Assembly: GCA_965198115.1 (NCBI GenBank)
Contig: OZ240241.1
Coordinates: 896,001-960,000 of the forward strand
Direction: 5' to 3'
DNA from: Candidatus Latescibacterota bacterium
Lineage (GTDB): Bacteria > Latescibacterota > UBA2968
DNA length: 64,000 nucleotides
Numbering within the stretch: position 1 is the first letter of the stretch; each line of letters starts with the position of its first letter. Shown in pieces: positions 60,301 through 64,000 of the stretch. The notes beneath the pieces are model-generated. The model was not told the DNA's origin. It worked only from the letters and a program-made list of their open reading frames with translations, and made no database searches. Made by a program: the position numbers and the translations under genes.

Positions 60301-63042
60301 GACGCGGTCGTTCCCCGGGAAAAGATGACCGTGATCTCGGGTGTTTCGGGGTCCGGGAAGTCGTCGCTCGCGCTCGACACGATTTTTGCGGAAGGCCAGA
60401 GACGGTACGTGGAATCGCTGTCGGCCTACGCGCGTCAGTTTCTGGGTCAGATGCCAAAACCCAAAGTCGATCGGGTCGTCGGTCTTTCACCCGCCATCTC
60501 CATCGAGCAGAAGGCGGCCAGCAAGAATCCTCGGTCGACCGTGGGCACCGTGACCGAGGTCTACGACTATCTCCGCGCGCTGTTCGGGCTCCTGGCCGAG
60601 ATGCATTGCCCGAGCCGGGGCTGCGATCACGCCAGGGCGACGGCCCAGTCCTCGTCACAGATCGTCGACCGGCTCGTCAACGGGTCTTCGGGAGATCGGG
60701 CGATTCTGCTCGCACCGATCAGACCCGACCGGGGTGAGGATTACGAAACCGTGATCGCTCGAGCCAAACGGTCGGGTTATCTCCGTGGCCGGCTGGATGG
60801 CGATCTCTTCGAGCTGGATGATCCCCCCGAGATCGACTACCGACAGACGCACCGACTGGAGGTCGTCGTGGATCGGGTGACGCTCAAAGCGTCGACGCGA
60901 AAGCGAGTCGGCGAATCGGTCGAGAAGGCGCTCGATCTTTCGGGTGGGGTGGTAGTCGCGGCCTATCCGGAGACGGAGACCGAGATGCGTTACAGCCAGC
61001 ACCTGTCCTGTCCCTGCTGCGCACGCAGTTTCGATGCTCCGACGCCGCAGTCGTTTTCGTTCAACAGTCCCGAGGGGTGGTGTCCGGCGTGCGAGGGTCT
61101 CGGGACGCAGCGTGGGATGGGTCAGCATACGCTGATTCCAGACCCGACGAAGTCCGTGTTGGACGGGGCCGTGGCTCCGTGGGGGCAACCGGATGGCGCG
61201 CTGCGGGAGATGCTGGAGGCTGTGGCCGACTCGGTCGGCTTCGACCTGGCCACGCCGTTCAGTGATTTGGGCGAGGACGCGCGTGAAGCGCTCCTCTATG
61301 GCACGGGCGACGTCTCGGTCCCAGGGCCGTCCGGCCTGACCATCCGGTTCAACGGGCTTTTTCCGACGGTGGAGTCGCTGGTCCGTTTGTCGACCCGATT
61401 CCGACGTGCGATGGGTGAGTTCGTTAAAGATGTGCCCTGTCCCACGTGTCGAGGCACGCGTCTCCGTTCGGTGAGCGCGACAGCCCGATTGTTTGGGCGA
61501 ACGCTGCAGGACCTGACCGAGACACCGATCGCCGAGCTCAGGACCTGGTTCGAGGATCTGCAACTGACGACACGCGACAGCGAGTCTGCGGGCGAAGTCA
61601 CGAAGGAGATCCAGAGTCGTTTGCGGTTCTTGGACGACGTCGGCCTGGGCTATTTGAGCCTGGCGCGTCGGGCCCCGACGCTGTCCGGGGGAGAGGCGCA
61701 GCGCATCCGTCTGGCCAGCCAGATCGGGTCCGGGTTGACCGGCGTGCTCTATGTGCTCGATGAGCCGACGATCGGGCTGCATCAGCGTGACAACCGCCGG
61801 TTGCTCGACGCGCTACAGCGTCTGCGGGATCTCGGGAACACGCTGATTGTCGTCGAACACGACCGGGACACGCTCGAGAGGGCCGACCACGTCCTGGACT
61901 TCGGCCCGGGTGCCGGAAGCGAGGGGGGCGAGCTCGTTGCGAGCGGGCGACCCGGGCGTCTTCCCGTCCGTGGAGGATCGCTCACGGCTCGCTACCTGAG
62001 GGGCGATCTGTCGATCGACGTTCCGGAGAGGCGATCGGGAAACGGCAAGGCGATCGATGTGGTCGGCGCCCGGCACAACAACCTGAGGGGCATCGACGTT
62101 CAATTTCCGCTGGGCACGTTCATCTGTGTCACGGGGGTGTCGGGCTCGGGCAAGAGCTCTCTCGTGAACGACGTGCTCTACGGGGCGCTCGCGACGCGTG
62201 TGAACCGGGTCCATCGAGCCTGGGGGGATCACGACGACGTGCTGGGTACGGATCACGTCGACAAGGTGATTCGCATCGACCAGACGCCGATTGGATTCAG
62301 CCCGCGCAGCAATCCCTGCACGTATGTTAAAGTTTTCGATCGCATCCGAAAGTTCTTCGCCGAATTGCCCGAGGCCCAGGTTCGTGGGTTCAAACCCGGG
62401 CACTTCAGTTTCAACAACCGACGGGGACGGTGCGACGGCTGCGACGGTCTGGGGATCCGGTGCGTGGAGATGCACTTCCTGCCGGACGTCTGGGTGACGT
62501 GCGACACGTGCGACGGCAAACGCTTCAATCGAGATGTCCTTGACGTGGCCTACCGAGGCCACTCGATCGCCGATGTTCTCGACACGACGATCGCCGAAGC
62601 GGCGGACCTGTTCGCGAATCATCCGGGCATGGTCCGCTCGCTGTCGACGCTCGTGGACGTGGGACTAGGTTACATGAAAATGGGTCAGGCGTCGACGACC
62701 TTGTCCGGCGGAGAGGCGCAGCGCGTCAAGCTGGCGCGAGAGCTGGCGCGTCCGAGCACCGGGCGTACCGTCTACCTGTTGGACGAGCCGACGACGGGGC
62801 TCCACTTCGCGGATATCCAAAAGCTGCTGGAGGTCTTGAATCGACTCGTCGACGCCGGGAACACGGTGATCGTGATCGAACACAACCTGGACGTCATCAA
62901 GACAGCGGATTGGGTCGTGGACCTGGGGCCAGAGGGAGGGGACGACGGCGGATGCCTCATCGCCGCAGGAACGCCCGAGGACCTGGCCGACGTCGAGACC
63001 TCCCACACCGGCCGGTTCCTGAGGGAGGTCCTAGTCGCGTGA
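57385..63042 (+). CDS. uvrA: Excinuclease ABC subunit A, double-length (two tandem UvrA units)
   Basis: Four GVSGSGKSS Walker A and four LSGGEAQR signatures; EGQRRYVESLS occurs twice; Zn-finger CxxC motifs. Confidence 0.95.
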   Translation: MEIRDIVVKGARVHNLVGVDVTLPDRELICFTGVSGSGKSSLAFDTIYAEGQRRYVESLSAYARQFLGQLEKPDVDQITGLSPTISIEQKSAGRNPRSTVGTITEVYDYLRVLYARVGSPHCASCGEPIGSQTRDGIVDRILDSYDGERVLVLAPLVEGRKGEYQDLFEDLQRQGYIRARVDGKVVLLTEVPALERHIRHDVDVVVDRLSIKPDVRARLGEAVDGATRLSGGTLVIQAHGRGDLLLSVSYSCPSCGQSASPPTPQLFSFNSPQGMCPTCRGLGTHVRMDESLVVPDARLSVVEGAIGPLGIPRNRWKMHYYEGVLGRHGADPTTPWAKIPPRARRELLYGVKGSIELAWKRRNGSIYRHRGRFEGILPPLERRYAESASPAVRKKLESFMLEGPCADCEGSRLRAEARSVLVGGRSLPEVTEMAIDEARAYFDALVLGEKEAAIAEDALKEIGARLTFLLDVGLDYLSLSRTAPTLSGGEAQRIRLASQIGSGLVGVTYVLDEPSIGLHHRDNGRLLDALCHLRDAGNRVVIVEHDEDTMRRADRVFDFGPGPGHLGGEVVAEGGWRKIAKTPTSVTGAYLSGRRRIEVPETRRTSEQSVTILGANQNNLKNVTVGIPTGVFTCVTGVSGSGKSSLINDVLYRALARDLNGAESRPGEHRRIDGVDRLDKVIEIDQQPIGRTPRSNPATYTGAFSPIRALFSELPESRVRGYKPGRFSFNVKGGRCEACQGNGANLVEMDFLADVWVSCPVCEGRRFRRETLDVRFKDHSIADVLEMEVEEACALFRDIPPIHRVLSVLVDVGMGYVKLGQPAPTLSGGEAQRIKLAKELCRASTGKTLYILDEPTTGLHFADVQNLLNVLNRLVDLGNTVVVIEHNTDVIKMADWVIDLGPEGGEEGGSVVAVGPPEVVVQTEGSHTGAALKRALTPGAVSPNGRTGRRKKAKGLSDIEVFGARENNLREVDAVVPREKMTVISGVSGSGKSSLALDTIFAEGQRRYVESLSAYARQFLGQMPKPKVDRVVGLSPAISIEQKAASKNPRSTVGTVTEVYDYLRALFGLLAEMHCPSRGCDHARATAQSSSQIVDRLVNGSSGDRAILLAPIRPDRGEDYETVIARAKRSGYLRGRLDGDLFELDDPPEIDYRQTHRLEVVVDRVTLKASTRKRVGESVEKALDLSGGVVVAAYPETETEMRYSQHLSCPCCARSFDAPTPQSFSFNSPEGWCPACEGLGTQRGMGQHTLIPDPTKSVLDGAVAPWGQPDGALREMLEAVADSVGFDLATPFSDLGEDAREALLYGTGDVSVPGPSGLTIRFNGLFPTVESLVRLSTRFRRAMGEFVKDVPCPTCRGTRLRSVSATARLFGRTLQDLTETPIAELRTWFEDLQLTTRDSESAGEVTKEIQSRLRFLDDVGLGYLSLARRAPTLSGGEAQRIRLASQIGSGLTGVLYVLDEPTIGLHQRDNRRLLDALQRLRDLGNTLIVVEHDRDTLERADHVLDFGPGAGSEGGELVASGRPGRLPVRGGSLTARYLRGDLSIDVPERRSGNGKAIDVVGARHNNLRGIDVQFPLGTFICVTGVSGSGKSSLVNDVLYGALATRVNRVHRAWGDHDDVLGTDHVDKVIRIDQTPIGFSPRSNPCTYVKVFDRIRKFFAELPEAQVRGFKPGHFSFNNRRGRCDGCDGLGIRCVEMHFLPDVWVTCDTCDGKRFNRDVLDVAYRGHSIADVLDTTIAEAADLFANHPGMVRSLSTLVDVGLGYMKMGQASTTLSGGEAQRVKLARELARPSTGRTVYLLDEPTTGLHFADIQKLLEVLNRLVDAGNTVIVIEHNLDVIKTADWVVDLGPEGGDDGGCLIAAGTPEDLADVETSHTGRFLREVLVA

Positions 63043-63049
63043 ACCCGGC

Positions 63050-64000
63050 GTGAACTACATCGGTCGCAAATATTCGCTGATCGACTTCCTCGACGAGGGG
63101 ATTTCTTCGTTTATCGATCCAGCGTGCGAGGTGTTCTTCGATGTGTTCGCGGGGACTGGCGTGGTCGGTTGGCACTTTAAGCGAAAGGGTTTCCGAGTCG
63201 TTGCGAACGACCTTCAGTACTATGCCTACTGTCTGAATCGGGCGGGCGTGGGTATCAGCCGTCGTCCCGGATTTACGCGCGTTCGAAACGCGGTCGGTCT
63301 GAAGGGGATGGACGGTACTCGTCGGACACTGGATTACCTGAACGCGCTAAAGCCCCGGAAGGGGTTCATCTTCGACCAGTATTGTCCCGGCGGCAGTGCC
63401 CGGCCTCCTCGCAAGTATTTTACGGACGAGAATGGCGCCCGCTGTGATGCGATTCGGCGAAAGATCGAAACCTGGCGCACCTCGGGGCTGTTGCGTGACG
63501 GCGAATACTACTACCTGATCGCCAGCCTGATCGAGGCGGCCGATCGAGTCGCCAATACCGCGTCGGTTTACGCCGCCTACCTCAAACGCATCAAGCCGAG
63601 CGCACGTCGCCCGCTCCGAATGGATCCCGTCGACATCGTGCCGAGTTCGGCGCGGCACCGTGTTCATTTTCGAGACGGGCTCAGGGTCGTCGGCCGCGTT
63701 CCCTGCGACATCCTCTACATGGATCCTCCCTACAACCAGCGTCAGTATTGCACGAACTACCACGTGCTCGAAACGATCGCCGTCTACGATGATCCCGACC
63801 TCAGAGGCGTTACGGGTTTGCGACCGCACGACGGACAGCGATCAGCCTGGTGCTCACGGTCTGGGGCGCCGGAGACGCTGGCCGCGATGATTTCCAGAAC
63901 CCGAGCCCGGTACTGCTTCCTTAGCTACAACAGCGAAGGTTTGATGTCCCGGAAGCAAATCCTCGATACGATGGGCGCCTTCGGTTCCGTCGACGTTCTC
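63050..64000 (+). CDS. N6-adenine DNA methyltransferase (D12/FokI-NlaIII-like), 3'-partial
   Basis: GTG start NYIGRK, FDVFAGTG, AND, ANTASVYAAYLK, YMDPPYN.RQY, LSYNSEG. It is open to the window end and absent from the ORF track. Confidence 0.88.
   Translation, partial: MNYIGRKYSLIDFLDEGISSFIDPACEVFFDVFAGTGVVGWHFKRKGFRVVANDLQYYAYCLNRAGVGISRRPGFTRVRNAVGLKGMDGTRRTLDYLNALKPRKGFIFDQYCPGGSARPPRKYFTDENGARCDAIRRKIETWRTSGLLRDGEYYYLIASLIEAADRVANTASVYAAYLKRIKPSARRPLRMDPVDIVPSSARHRVHFRDGLRVVGRVPCDILYMDPPYNQRQYCTNYHVLETIAVYDDPDLRGVTGLRPHDGQRSAWCSRSGAPETLAAMISRTRARYCFLSYNSEGLMSRKQILDTMGAFGSVDVL

Noticed and set aside
834-62622. Many long antisense ORFs (e.g. 13516-14703, 17533-18903, 30374-31585, 57964-59079)
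   Set aside because: They are shadows of well-supported genes on the other strand and have no recognisable motifs.
1-64000. tRNA, rRNA, prophage or integron
   Set aside because: No cloverleaf, rRNA-like sequence, phage genes, integrase or attC pattern was recognised.

Overview
GC-rich bacterial chromosomal segment. The gene content (DUF6785-type membrane protein, tandem Gfo/Idh/MocA oxidoreductases, ankyrin and LamG proteins, double-length UvrA) suggests an FCB/PVC-type uncultured lineage such as Latescibacterota, which is an inference only. No rRNA, tRNA or CRISPR array was seen. (1) At 1-15 kb a two-component locus contains a REP-associated tyrosine transposase (RAYT) gene. That gene is split into three in-frame pieces by about 8 kb of nested insertions: 4 IS256, 2 IS630 and a 168-bp MITE, with readable ends and target duplications. 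(2) At 15-33 kb there are transport and catabolic genes separated by intergenic spacers full of several REP-like palindrome families and heptamer repeats. (3) At 34-36 kb a bactofilin gene is followed by two paralogous modules, each a sigma-54-type promoter plus two small TM/coiled-coil genes. This is the best candidate for an undescribed system. (4) At 36-53 kb are queC, an OGG1-like glycosylase, a secreted LamG-ankyrin protein, CysE-like and DUF2723 genes, an ABC-2 transporter and sugar oxidoreductases. (5) At 53-57 kb a membrane-anchored receiver gene is broken by an IS630 that itself carries an ISAzo13. (6) The window ends with a tandem-duplicated uvrA and an adenine methyltransferase. About a dozen frameshifts occur in otherwise normal genes; they may be consensus errors or real decay.
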